The translations under genes were made by a program, and so were the position numbers. Below are positions 51,020 through 63,159 of a DNA stretch of 64,000 nt, one piece after another. The notes under the pieces were generated by a model. That model saw only the letters and a program-made list of their open reading frames with translations, was not told the DNA's origin and ran no database searches. This stretch comes from Mobula hypostoma (lineage: Eukaryota), in the NCBI RefSeq assembly GCF_963921235.1, contig NC_086097.1, positions 146,508,001 to 146,572,000 on the forward strand, read 5' to 3'. Positions within the stretch are counted from its first letter, which is position 1. Each line of letters starts with the position of its first letter.

Positions 51020-51568
51020 TGTTTGCATCACAGCTTTATATGTAAACACCAATGCCTTTGAAAGGAAAATCCTATAAAAGTAGTGGAAACAGCCCAGTAA
51101 AGCCCTCCCCACTATTGAACACATCTGCATGGAGCGCTGTTACAGGAAGGCTGCATTTATCATCAGGGATCCCCACCATCCAGGTCATGCTCACTTTTTC
51201 ACCGCTGCCATCAGGAAGAATGTACAGGTGCCTCAGGACTCACACCAGCAGGTTCAGGAACAGTTATTATACCTAAACCTTCAGGCTCTTGAACCAGTAG
51301 GGATAACTTCACTCTCACTAACACTGAACTATTCCCATGACCTCAAGGACTCTTCATCTCATATTCGATATTTGTTGTTTATTTATTTATTATTGTGATT
51401 TTTTTTTTTATTTGCACAGTTTGCTGTCTTTTGCACACTGGCTGTTGCCCACCATGTTGGGTGCAGACTTTCCTTGGATTTACTGAGCATGTCTGCAAGA
51501 AAACAAATCTCAGGGTTGTATGTGGTGACAGACATATACTTTGATAATAAATTTACTTTGAACTTTGA
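51020..51568 (+). mobile_element. Rex1/Babar-type 3' fragment
   Basis: RKAAFIIRDPHHPGHA, LPSGRMYRCLRTHTSRFRNSYY; aataaatttactttgaactttga tail. Confidence 0.75.
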
Positions 51569-53282
51569 AGTGATGTAGATTGCTGTAATTTGCCTTAATA
51601 GTCCTGAGATAGGGAAAGGAAAATCAAGCCCCCTTGACTGTGAGTATTCACTGTCTTCTTACTCTCAGCTCTATTCACAAACCCAATCTGAAATTGCATA
51701 AGTGAATAAATAAACTCATTGAGGCATTAAAAGCAATATTTAATTGTAAGTTATAGCCGCAGGTCAGTGATAGGTGTGGTTATGCCTTTTTTTCTTAACT
51801 GTTGAAAATTTGGTATCTAAGAATTGAAAAATAGGAAATCATACCTATTTTCTCTGATACAAAACACTAGGTACTGGGTTGACCACAGTGTGTGTGCTTT
51901 CAGAAAACAGAACCTTCTGGAAATACTCAGCTTCTCACCTACACAGAGAGAAACAGGTTTAACGCAGCAGTTTGATGACTTTTCATTAAGTCTAAGAATG
52001 TTATTTACTTGGGAAGATGATGGAGAAAGTTTTGAAATTTACATTGTTGAATGGAAGCTTATTTTATGTTAGAGTCAATTTTAAATAAACCTACTTAGCC
52101 TTGAAGATGCATGTTTATGCCTGCAGCCAAAGGGAGATTTTTGTTATCAGAAGACTGACTCCAGTCCCTTCTTGTTAATCCTGGACTTCCTTCAATGTTG
52201 ATAGCTCAGGCTGACTTCCTTTAGTAGTTCCCACAAAGGTTCTGAGTACGTCCATCAGTCTGTTCTCAGCTTTGACATTGAAATATATGCCTTTTGGTAA
52301 GTGCAATGTCATTTAACCCTTTACAGAAGCTACTTTACCCATTTCATGTTCAGAAAAAGAAATCCTTTTAAAATGAACCTATCTGTACATTCTTTGCTCT
52401 ATGTAAGTGTAAAATAACTACAAATTATTTTTGACAGTTGGGAAAGGTTTTTGTGTATATAATACTTTTCATGACATTGGGGCATAACATGCTTTGTGCT
52501 TGGTAAAGACCTGTCAAATGAATCCTTTTACGGAGAATTTCTATAACACTGAAATGCATTTAACCTGCTACAGCATCGGAAGAAAATAAATCAATTATGC
52601 ACTTGACATCTTATGGTCTTATGTCTTATATATGCAGAGAGGACAATGAACGTATTTGGAAACTATGTGGCTTCTATAAAAAGATCATTTAAGATTGCAT
52701 TCTTCACTGCTTAAAACCAATAAAATATTTGGAATAATTCTTACTTTATTTGTACACCTGAGATGTAGTATGAGAATGGGTATCTCATTCTAATATCTTG
52801 TTTCAGATAGTGTAGCACTTTCAACCCACTCATTACTCATCAAGTCTGGGCCATGTGAAAAGGGCTCAGAACTTCTCTGAATTTTCTTTAATAACTTACA
52901 TACAAGCTGGATTCTAGCAAATACTCTTGTTATGAAAAATTTCTAATTCCACAGATTTGAAGGAGGATTTTAAATTCATATTAAAAAAACATTTTTTACT
53001 GACAGAAGAAGGAAAGGCTGGGTATTTTAGTTGAGAAATACCTATGAAGTATTGAAAAATTCTCTTGGATTTGTAATACATGCCCATTTAAGTAGTTACT
53101 TTGCAAAAAAAGAACATTAGAAAAATTACTAACTATTGATCTAAAATAATTGGTTTTCTGAGATGTCTTGAAGGAAATGAATGAAGGCATATCAGTGAAT
53201 ATTGTCTTTGCAGTGTGATGACATCATTCCAAAGTAAATAGGTTCAGGACAGGGAAACATGAATACTAAACCAACCAGCAAC

Positions 53283-54057
53283 AACACAAACACGAGGAAA
53301 TCTGCAGATGCTGGAACTTCAAGCAACACACATCAAAGTTGCTGGTGAACGCAGCATGCCAGGCAGCATCTCTAGGAAGAGGTACAGTCAACGTTTCAGG
53401 CCGAGACCCTTCGTCAGGACTAACTGAAAGAAGAGCTAGTAAGAGATTTGAAAGTGGGAGGGGGAGGGGGAGATTCGAAATGATAGGAGAAGACAGGAGG
53501 GGGAGGGATGGAGCCAAGAGCTGGACAGCTGATTGGCAAAAGGGATATGAGAGGATCATGGGACAGGAGGCCTATGGAGAAAGAAAAGGGGGAGGGGGAA
53601 AAAACCAGAGGATGGGCAAGGGGTATAGTGAGGGGGACAGAGGGAGAAAAAGGAGAGAGAGAAAATATAAATAAATAATGGATGGAGTACAAGGGGGAGG
53701 TGGGGCATTAGCGGAAGTTTGAGAGATCAATGTTCATGCCATCAGGTTGAAGGAAACCCAGACGGAATATAAGGTGGTGTTCCTCCAACCTGGGTGTGGC
53801 TTCATCTTTACAGTAGAGGAGGCCGTGGATAGACATATCAGAATGCGAATGGGTCGTGGAATTAAAATGTGTGGCCACTGGAAGATCCTGCTTTCTCTGG
53901 CAGACAGAGCGTAGGTGTTCAGCGAAACGATCTCCCAGTCTGCGTCGGGTCTCGCCAATATATAGAAGGCCACATCGGGAGCACCGGACGCAGTATATCA
54001 CCCTGCCGACTCACAGATGAAGTGTCGCCTCACCTGGAAGGACTGTCTGGGGCCCTG
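53283..54057 (-). mobile_element. Penelope-like 3' fragment (GIY-YIG + end) with hammerhead at 53386-53421 (GUU triplet)
   Basis: ORF 53708..54001 IYCVRCSRCGLLYIGETRRRLGDRFAEH; ~10-bp TSD aaccagcaac at 53273-53282 and 54058-54067. Confidence 0.9.
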
Positions 54058-54109
54058 AACCAGCAACCAGCAATGAATACATTTTGCAGCTATTTTAAGT
54101 GATTCCAGT

Positions 54110-54678
54110 GACCTGGCATTTCCTCCCTCACTATCATTCAGGGCCCCAAACAGTCCTTCTAGGTGAGCTGACACTTCATCTGTGAGTCTGTTGGAGTCAT
54201 CTACTATATCCGGTGCTTCCGGTGTGGCTTCCTATAGGTTGGTGAGACCTAATGTAGATTGGGAGAATGCTTCACCAAGCACTTAAGCTCCCTTCGCTGG
54301 AAAAACTGGGATCTCTCTTTCCCATTCCCATTCTGACATGTCAGTCCATGGCCTCCTTTACCATCGTGATGAGGCCACACTCAGTTTGGAGGAGCAACAC
54401 CTTATATTCTATCAGGGATAGCCTCCAACCCGATGGCATGAACACTGATTTTTCGAACTTCTGGTAATGTCCTACCCCCCTCCCTTCACCATTTCCCATT
54501 CCCTTTTCCCTCTCTCATCTTTTCTCCTTACCTGCCCCTATCGCAAGCAAGAAAGGGTCTTGGTCCGAAACATCAACTGTACTCCTTTCCGTAGATGCAG
54601 CCTGGCCTGCTGAGTTCCTCCAGCATTGTGTGTATGTTGCTTGGGTTTCCAGTATTTGCAGATTTTCTCTTGTTTGTG
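54110..54678 (+). mobile_element. Older Penelope-like 3' fragment
   Basis: attcagggccccaaacagtcc..., LQPDGMNTDFSNF, cctgctgagttcctccagca end block. Confidence 0.8.
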
Positions 54679-55009
54679 GTTAACTATCCTTCCTAGCAAT
54701 ATGCTCTGTAGCTCATTTCCTTAGTGTGAAAAAAACGCTGCTGGTTGACCACCAATTTGGCTAAAAAACTACATTTGATATGTTATAGATTAAGATTATT
54801 CATTTTAATTGTGGAATTCTGGCACCAGAATAAATGGACATTATTATCAATCTTATCGAACCCTTTAATTAATGTTAGCATTTAAATTGGCCCTAAATTT
54901 ATCCACTAAATGCAATACAAGTCAAATTTATACAACTCTTTATCATTTCACCCTTTATTCCCTGGTATCAATCTGGTGAAGGTACTGCACATCAAACCTT
55001 ATCAGTGTT

Positions 55010-55822
55010 GTAATGGAAACTGGGTACGGAGCGACCACTCTCCGCTGAGCTTCGACGACTCCTCCGTAGAATCGTTAGGAGCACCAGATTTCTTGGTGTT
55101 CACCTGGTGGAGAATCTCACCTGATCCCTCAACCTCAGCTCCATAGCAAAGAAAGCCCAGCAGCATTTCTACTTTATGTGAAGGTTGAGAAAAGTCCATC
55201 TCCCAACCCCCATCCTCACCACATTCTACAGAGGTTGTATTGAGAGCATCCTGAGCAGCTGCATTACTGCCTGGTTTGGAAATTGCACCATCTCGGATCG
55301 CAAGACCCTGCAGCGGATAATGAGGTCAGCTGAGAAAATCATTGGGGTCTCTCTTCCCGCCTCACAGACATTTACACCACACGCTGCATCCGCAAAGCAG
55401 ACAGCATTATGAAGAACCCCACACAACCCTCATACAAACTCTTCTCCCTCCTACCATCTGGAAAAAGGCACCGAAGCATTCGGGCTCTCACGACCAGACT
55501 ATGTAACAGTTTCTTCCTCCAAGCCATCAGACTCCTCAATACCCAGAGCCTGGACTGACACCAACCTGCAGCCCTCTACTGTGCCTATTTGTCTTGTTTA
55601 ATTTATTATTATTTATTGTAGTGCCTACACTGTTTTGTGCACTTTATGCAGTCCTGGATAGGACTGTAGTCTAGTGTAGTTTTTGTGTTTTTTTCTTAAG
55701 TAGTTCTGTGTAGTTTTGTATTGTTTCATGCAGCACCATGGTCCTGGAAATCGTTGTCTCATTTTTACTACATTCTGTACCAGCAGTTATGGTTGAAATG
55801 ACAATAAAATGTGACTTGACTT
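55010..55822 (+). mobile_element. Rex1/Babar-type LINE 3' fragment (different subfamily)
   Basis: ILTTFYRGCIESILSSCITAWFGNC..DRKTLQRI.RSAEKIIG; aataaaatgtgacttgacttg tail. Confidence 0.8.
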
Positions 55823-55909
55823 GTAAGTGACAGTTATGTCAATCCCACATGGGGATTTTTTCACATTTGTAGAGGTGGTTAAGATTTTTTTTTCTTCTAA
55901 TTGCTGCAG

Positions 55910-56043
55910 GCTCCCTGCACACTGGCCGTAGTTCACCTCCACCTGGGAGTGTTCCTGATGGGCAGCAGCAATTTGCACGTCAAGGATCTTATACCAGCAT
56001 CCACAGCGAGGGAGAATTCATTCCGGAGACTTTGGAACAAAAT
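55910..56043 (+). CDS. MAP3K2/3-family exon: (G)[44 protein letters not shown]
   Basis: ttgctgcag acceptor, AAT|gtaagg donor; 134 nt; diagnostic RSSPPPG..P and [17 protein letters not shown]. Confidence 0.96.
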
Positions 56044-56334
56044 GTAAGGGTAACTCTGTCCTGCAGCCTAAGCTCCAAAGTGCACAAAAGTTCTAGCCTG
56101 ATACTGTAATGGTATTGGGTTTGCAAACCCTGAAGGCTCTAATCTCAAACAAAGATCTTAAGCCCTTTCAGATATCAATAGTCATGAATTATCTCACTAA
56201 AGGGGGATAATATTATATCTACTCAAACTTCAAAGACGTAGTTTACTTCCCTACTTATTCTCCACAGTGGATTTTAGCTGCCAATACCCGCTATTTGATC
56301 CATGGGTCCCTCCTTCCTACCAAGGAGGTAGAAA

Positions 56335-58350
56335 ATCATAGAGGAGTACAGCACAGAAATAGGCCATTCAGCCTTTCGAGTCCATGTCAAAGCCACTTAA
56401 GCCACCTACTCCCATCAGCCTGCACCGGCACCCCTACCATCCATGTACTCATCCAAACTTCTCTTAAATGTTGAAATTGAGCTTGTATGGCAGCTCATGA
56501 CCCACCAAGTGAAGAAATTTCTCCTCATGTTCCTCTTAACCTTACTTTTCACCTTTAACCCATGACCTCTGGTTGTAGTCTCACCCAACTTCAGTGGAAA
56601 AGCCAGCTTTCATTTACCATATCTATACCCCTCATAGTTTTGTATACCTCTATCAAATCTCCTCTCAATCTTCTACGTTCCAATGAATAAAGTCCTAACT
56701 AATTCAATCTTTCCTTATAACTTAAGTCTTCTAGACCTGGCACCATTCTTGTAAGTCTTCTCTGTACTCTTTCAACCTTATTTAATATTTCCTGTAGGTA
56801 GGTGACCAAAACTGCACACAATATTCCAAATTAGGCTTCACTAATGTCTTATACAACTTCAGCATAACATCCCATCTCCTGTACTCAGTACTTTGACTTA
56901 TGAAGGCCAATGTGCCAAAAGCTTTCTTAATGACTCTATCTGCATGTGAAACCACTTTCAATGAATTATGGACCTGTATTCCCAGGATCCCTTTTATCTG
57001 TAGCATTCCTCGGTGTCCTGCCATTCACTGTGTAACCCTAGGCTGGTTCTACTGCAGTGCAAAACCTCCCACTTGTCTGTATTACGTTCCATCTGCCATT
57101 TTTCCAGCTGATGCAGAGTCCTCTGCAAGCCATGATAGCCCTCATCAATGCCCACTACGCCACCAAACTTGGTGTCATCCACAAATTTGCTGATCCAATT
57201 AACCACATTATCATTCAGATCATTGACGCAGATGACAAACAGCAAAAGACACAGCACCAGTCCCTGCAACACACCGCTAGTCACAGGCCTCCAGTCAGAT
57301 AGGCAACCGTCTACTACCACACTCTGACTTCTCCCACAAAGCAAATGTCGAAACTAATTTACTACCTCATCTCGAATGCCGAGTGACTGAACCTCCTTGA
57401 CCAGCCTCCCAGTCGGGATTTTGTCAGATGCCTTACTGAAGTCCATGTAGACAATATCCACTGCCTTGCCATCATCCACTTTCCTGGTAACTTCTTCGAA
57501 AAATTCTATAGAATTGGTTAGATATGACATGCTGACTTACATAATCAGCTTATAGTTCCCCAGGACATTTTTAGAGCCTTTCTTGAACAGTGGAACCTTC
57601 TTGACCCACCTCCCATGCGGTACCTTGTCAAATGCTTTACTGAAATCCATATAGGCAACATCCACTGCCTTGCCTTCGAATTTCCATGGTAACTTCCTCG
57701 AAAAACTCTCTGATTGGTTAGACATGACCTACCGTACACGAAGTCATACTGACTATCCTCAATCAGTGTGTGTCTATCCAAATACTTGTATATCCAATTC
57801 CTTAGAATATCTTTCAATAACTTTCCCACAACTGATGTCAGACGCACCGGCCTATAATTTTCTGGTTTAAGTTTAGAACCAGCTTTAAACAGTGGAATAA
57901 CAATGGCAATCCTCCATTCCTCTGATACTTTACCCATTGGTAAGGATGTTTTAAAAATCTCTGCTAGGACACCAGAAATTTCTGCACTTGCCTCCCATGG
58001 GGTCTGAGGGAACACCTTGTTAGACCCTGGAGATTTATGCACTTCGATTTGCCACAGGGTAGCAAACACTACCTTCCTCTGTAATTTGTACAGGGTCCAT
58101 GAAGTTGATGACACTTTGCCTCTCTTCTACAGATTCTATATCATCCTTCTGAGTAAATACAGATGCAAAGAATTTATTTAAGACCTCCCCCATCTATTTT
58201 AGCTCCACACGTTGATTACCTTTCTGATCTTCCAAAGGACCAGGTTTGTCCCTTGCCATCCTTTTACTCTTAACATATCTGTGGAATCCATTAGGATTCT
58301 CCTTTACCTTGTCTGCTAGAGCAACACCATGCCTTCTTTTAGCTTCCAGG
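56335..58350 (-). mobile_element. Composite CR1 ORF2 fragments
   Basis: KSPGSNKVFP, NYRPVRLTSVVGKL, YMDFSKAFDKVPH, VTSGVLQG, KFVDDTK, LEYCVQFWSP; the DFSK block occurs twice. Confidence 0.88.
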
Positions 58351-59279
58351 TTTCCTAAGTGCTCAAAAAAGTATTTCTAACATGTGCATTTACTTCCCAA
58401 TTAAAAACTGTTTCTGAAACATAAAGCATTTCTGATATTCAAAGGATTTCCAAGCACAGGTACAATTCCTATAAGCTAAAAAGGCACACCATGATGTGAT
58501 TGAGCAAGTCAACTGTTGCAAAAAACAAAGCTAGAGTAATGGATTCTATTCACCCCATCTTCCTATCATTCTTCTTAAATGTTATTCAGCCACTCCTAAT
58601 AAGCCTGAACTGCTCTCTACATTCACAGTATACCTTTTTCAACCAGTTGGGTGACTTGACACACCTATGATATTTCCTCCGATGTCCTTTCAGCACAAGT
58701 GGTCTAAAAGCATTTTGGAGACATAGTTCTTCAGCTACCTACCATTAATGCTGTAAAGCTAACTTCCTTGACCACATAAAAGCTTCCAGTTGTAAACACA
58801 TAGCTACTGATGTGCTAAATAATAATATCTGTCAGTTCTGCAAGCAAACCTGAACCAAGCAATTTAAGAGTCAGCTTATCTGTTTGCAACAACCGGACTT
58901 CTGCAACAATTTTTTTGCAACAATTCAGTCTTGTACTGCATTTTGAGCAGTAACAAAGCAGGTGTAGTCAGCTAGACCTTGCTTCTCCCAGACAGAACAT
59001 GTACTATCTACAAAGCTGGTCTGCAGAGCTGGTCTTTAGACAGTACTTGTTTTAACCTCAAGGTGCGTAGTGCTTGCAGTTCACATTTTTTTACAGATCG
59101 AAGACTAACTTCCCCTTATGACCAGAAGTCAAAGAACTGTTAGCTGGAAGTTTACTTGCATCTGTTTTTGATCTTACAACTGGCAAATATTGTGTTTAGA
59201 AAGTAAGAATAGCAAACAACCAAGAAGGAGAAAGAGGCCTTTGGCCATGAAATGAATATCCATCACACTGTTAATTGAA

Positions 59280-60030
59280 CTAAGGGAGATCTCCCAGCGG
59301 CCACCGATTTTAATTCCACTTCCCATTCCCATGCCAATATGTCCATCCATGGCTCCTCCACTGTCAGGATAAGACCGCACCTAGGTTGGAGAAACAACAT
59401 CTTATAATCCGTTTGGGTAGCCTCCAACCTGATGGCATGAATATCAATTTCTCAAACTTCCAGTAATGCCTCCGCCCACTTCCCCTTCACCATTGCCCAT
59501 CTTCTTATCCACTCTCATGTTACCTCCTTGCCCGCCCATCACTTCCCTCTGGTGCTTCCCCCTCCCCTTTTTTCTTTCTTCCATGGCCTTCTGTCTCTTT
59601 CACCAATCAACTTCCCAGCTCTTTGCTTCATCCTTCCCCCTCCAGGTTTCACCTATCACCTGGCGACTGACTGTCTGTCTGTCTCTCTCCCTCTCCCTCT
59701 CCCTCTCCCTCTCCCTCTCCCTCTCCCTCTCTCCCTCTCTCCCTCTCTCCCTCTCTCCCTCTCTCTCCCTCTCTCCCTCTCTCCCTCTCTCCCCCTCTCC
59801 CCCTCTCCCCCTCTCCCCCTCTCCCTCTCTCCCTCTCCCCCTCTCCCCCTCTCCCCCTCTCCCCCTCTCCCCCTCTCCCTCTCTCTCTCCTCCCCCTCCC
59901 CCAGCCTATCAAAACTGCTCCTCAGCTTTTTATCTCCAGTCCTGCGGAAGGGTTTCGGCCTGAAACATCAACTGTACTTTTTTCCATAGATGCTGCCTGG
60001 CCTACTGAGTTCCTCCAGCATTTTGTGTGT
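59280..60030 (+). mobile_element. Penelope-like 3' fragment with an internal CT-rich expansion
   Basis: gggtagcctccaacctgatggcatgaa; degenerate hammerhead ~59938-59973; ctgagttcctccagca end block. Confidence 0.8.
59668..59902. repeat. Compound (CTCTCC)n/(CTCTCTCC)n/(CTCTCCCC)n polypyrimidine microsatellite
   Basis: Directly visible. Confidence 0.95.
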
Positions 60031-60360
60031 GTTGGAGGAATAGCATGATGGCGGTGTTTCTGAAATGGGCACAAAATTTCCATCAACAGACTTAACAGAT
60101 TTAATGAGTTACTAAACAACGGGGTGACCCGTTGGGGCACCCTTTGAGAGAAGGGTAGTGCAGTCTGATGTGACCAGAATGAACGTTAAATTTTCCTGAA
60201 TGCTATTGGTATCACTTTGCTTTGGAAACTGAAGTAGAAAACCTCAGTTTATTAAAGAAGAACGACGCATAGCAAAGCAAATAAAGCTCCTCCTCGTTTA
60301 ACGAAGGACACTTTTGATGGCATCATTTCTGGTTTTCCTGCCACCCTCATGCCTCTCATT

Positions 60361-60650
60361 GTCATTCTGGAGACGTGCAGTCCTTTCATCCCCCATCTCT
60401 TCATCTCTTCTGCTGTTTGTTCTTTGTCTCTGATCCTGGAGACGTGCATTTCTCAGCTCCTTTGTCTCTTCCTCTCTCCTCCTTCTGTGCCTGTTTTTGT
60501 CATTCTGGAGATGTGCAGCCCTTTCATCCCCGTCTCTTCAACTCTTCTGGTTGTTGTTTGTCTCTGATCCTGGAGACATGTAATGCCTCTCCTCCTCTGT
60601 CTCTTCTTCTCTCATATTTTTTTGTCCTGACTGTTTGATCCTGGAGTCGT
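60361..60650. repeat. Imperfect tandem duplication, ~140-bp unit with ctggagac sub-repeats
   Basis: gtcattctggaga(c/t)gtgcag.cctttcatcccc at 60361 and ~60499; tgtctctgatcctggagac at ~60425 and ~60559. Confidence 0.8.
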
Positions 60651-61060
60651 GCGGCCCTGGCCTCATCCGATTCTTGTTCTCTCCCTGTCCTTGCTGCTTC
60701 CCGATGATGTCTGGTGACATCTCTTGACCATGATGTCCCCCTTCCCTTTCCACACAGCATAATTAGGCTGACCATTTTTTTTTACCCTAATGCTGGATAG
60801 AAGATACGTAGCACGAACACCAGAGGATGTTGATTATTCTTAATGATGTGGTTGGTGCTCTCCTAAATGGACGTGATATAGTCACCACTGTCCTTTGACT
60901 GCAGCAAAGGGTTTTATGGGTGTCTCAAAGCATGTCATTACAATAAGATTTAATTATCTCTTACTGATGGGTGGCAGTTAGATCTGTCCCAATCTTGCAC
61001 ATGCTGATGGTGATAAGCAGAATGTGACCCCTCGAAGTAGAGCTGCCCTGCCCTTTTGCT

Positions 61061-61137
61061 CCAGTAGATGTCGCTGCTGAGGCTGGCCATGCGCACGCGT
61101 CGGGGCTGTCGCGTCCCGATTTCCATGATGGCCAATC
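61061..61137. promoter_or_regulatory. Putative intronic regulatory element (CTCF-like, NRF1-like and CCAAT motifs)
   Basis: CCAGTAGATGTCGC 61061-61074, TGCGCACGCG 61090-61099, CCAAT 61132-61136 in a local CpG-rich patch. Confidence 0.4.
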
Positions 61138-62188
61138 GGCTCTCGGGTGAAAGCCAGCCTGTTGATTTTTGGCGAATGAGCAATTTTATAAGAATATATA
61201 ACCCTGGACTTTGCCTGCATTCTTTAAGTTAGCGCATTTTAATTCAATTTAGCCAAAAAAAGTGCTGCTGTAATGCACTGTTTGCGCTAATTGGAGGTCA
61301 CAAACAGACCGTCAGAGCATGGGAGTTTTAGTAGTATATAGATTAGTTGCCAATTACCATTTATTTTCTGCTACTATCAATTATCTGACAAAATTACATA
61401 AACACAATGGAAGAGCACATGGAACTTGTTCTCTTACTTTCCTCACAATCAGGATCTTAAAAATTAGAGTGCTGCATGAAGGCACGAGTCAGTGTGTCAA
61501 TAGTCTTTCTGTATAAAACATGAGAGATGTGAGATAGGTCATTGGATCTCAGATGCAGAGTTTATTCAGAAGTTCCCAGAACTTCCATAATGTTCCTGGT
61601 GCGTGCCTAATATTCATTGCTTGGCAGGACTTGACAACTAATCAATCTATTCCAATTAGTAATTACATCAACTTCAATAAAATGGACTTACTGTGAAATA
61701 TATCTGCAGAGTTGATTAATTAAAGATAAACATTGTTGTTTAATAGTAAATGAATAACCTGTGTTTATATTATTCCTTGAATCAACCTCCATGGAGAAGT
61801 GACCTTCATCTTTCCAGATGATAAGAAATAAAACTTTTTCTTTAGTTGGTAAAGTAGCTTGCTGGTGTTTAGCTTCAAAAAGCAATAAGTGAGAATTAGT
61901 CCGAAAGAAATTAATCCTTGGCTTCATGCTGAGAGCACAACAAAGAAATTTATGTGCTTTTGTATTCTGCTGCTTTGAAATCAGTGAATTGATGGATGAT
62001 CTTCTATCTCATTGTGTTCTATGAAGATACAATCTTTAGATTTCAATGTTATTCTTTTGTTTTGATGGTTTTCTGCAAGGTCAAAACTATTTTTGTTGAC
62101 CTTATTGTACATTTGTTCCCATCAGCATTTGTTTAATCTGATATCACCGCTGGTTGTTTCTGAAGTGCACTGTTGTTTCTCATTGCAG

Positions 62189-62262
62189 ATGTTGGACCCC
62201 TTCAGCAGTGCTGAAGCATCACTTTCTGGAAGTTGTCAATCACTGGACAGATCGATAGACAG
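62189..62262 (+). CDS. MAP3K2/3-family exon: [24 protein letters not shown](S/R)
   Basis: ctcattgcag acceptor, AG|gttgat donor; 74 nt; close to MEKK3 [24 protein letters not shown]. Confidence 0.94.
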
Positions 62263-63159
62263 GTTGATACTTGTAGTTGTGGATTTGTGTTCATTTATTT
62301 TACAAATCTTATTAAGTGACTGTCTTTGCTTTCACTTTCTATTCCCTCTTGATCTGTGGCATGGTAAGAGGGTGTTGTAGGCTTCAGTATATTTCATTAA
62401 TGACGCTAACTTAATTTTTACCTTTTCATTTAGTCATTTTTCAGGATCTGGGGGTTGCCATTAAGGCCAGCATTTATTGTCCATTCCTAATTACCCTTGA
62501 GAATATGGTAGAGAGTCAGCTGCTTGAACTGCTGCATTCATTCTGTAGAAAATGTTCCCAGCATGGTATTGGGGGGGGGGGGGTTGGGGGTGCTCACTAG
62601 CATAGGTTGCATATTTTGAATAAAACACCACACTAAAATTTTACTTTTGTTAAAAAGGTAATTGTTTAGTGTTTTGGAATGTTGAAGTCAATTGGATTGA
62701 AAGGCTTACTTCATGATTTTATTTCTTAGAGTGAAAACATTTTGCCATATTTCACGTAATCTCGATGGTTGATCAAATTTGAAGTAGTTCTGAAGGCATG
62801 ACTGTATCAGTGACTTTTCAGTTATCTGTTTTAGATCATCAGAATTTTTTTGTCCTAGTGATTTTTTGCAGTCAATTCAATTCTGACTTCTATTTATTTT
62901 ATTTAATTTATCTTTGATAAAATTTGATCTTTTACAAGACCTCAGAATCTTAGAATTCTCTACATATTTCAAATATTTTTTCCTGTAAGGTGCGAAGAGA
63001 AATGGGCTATTCAGATCTTAATCCTGCCTGCCTTTCAATCATGTCATGAATAGAAATAACCTTTGTCTACCATGTAAGAATCTCTACCACTTAGTAACAT
63101 CAGTGTTTGATAAAAGTTTATCACATTCAATTTTAAAATTCTAATCTAACGAAGTACCT

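Noticed and set aside
59466..59989. Pro/Ser/Leu-rich and Gly/Glu/Arg-rich ORFs
   Set aside because: Translations of the CT microsatellite.
60248..60301. FIKEERRIAKQIKLLLV resembling a G-alpha N-terminus
   Set aside because: A stop follows at once, with no GxGESGKS P-loop or splice donor; treated as chance.
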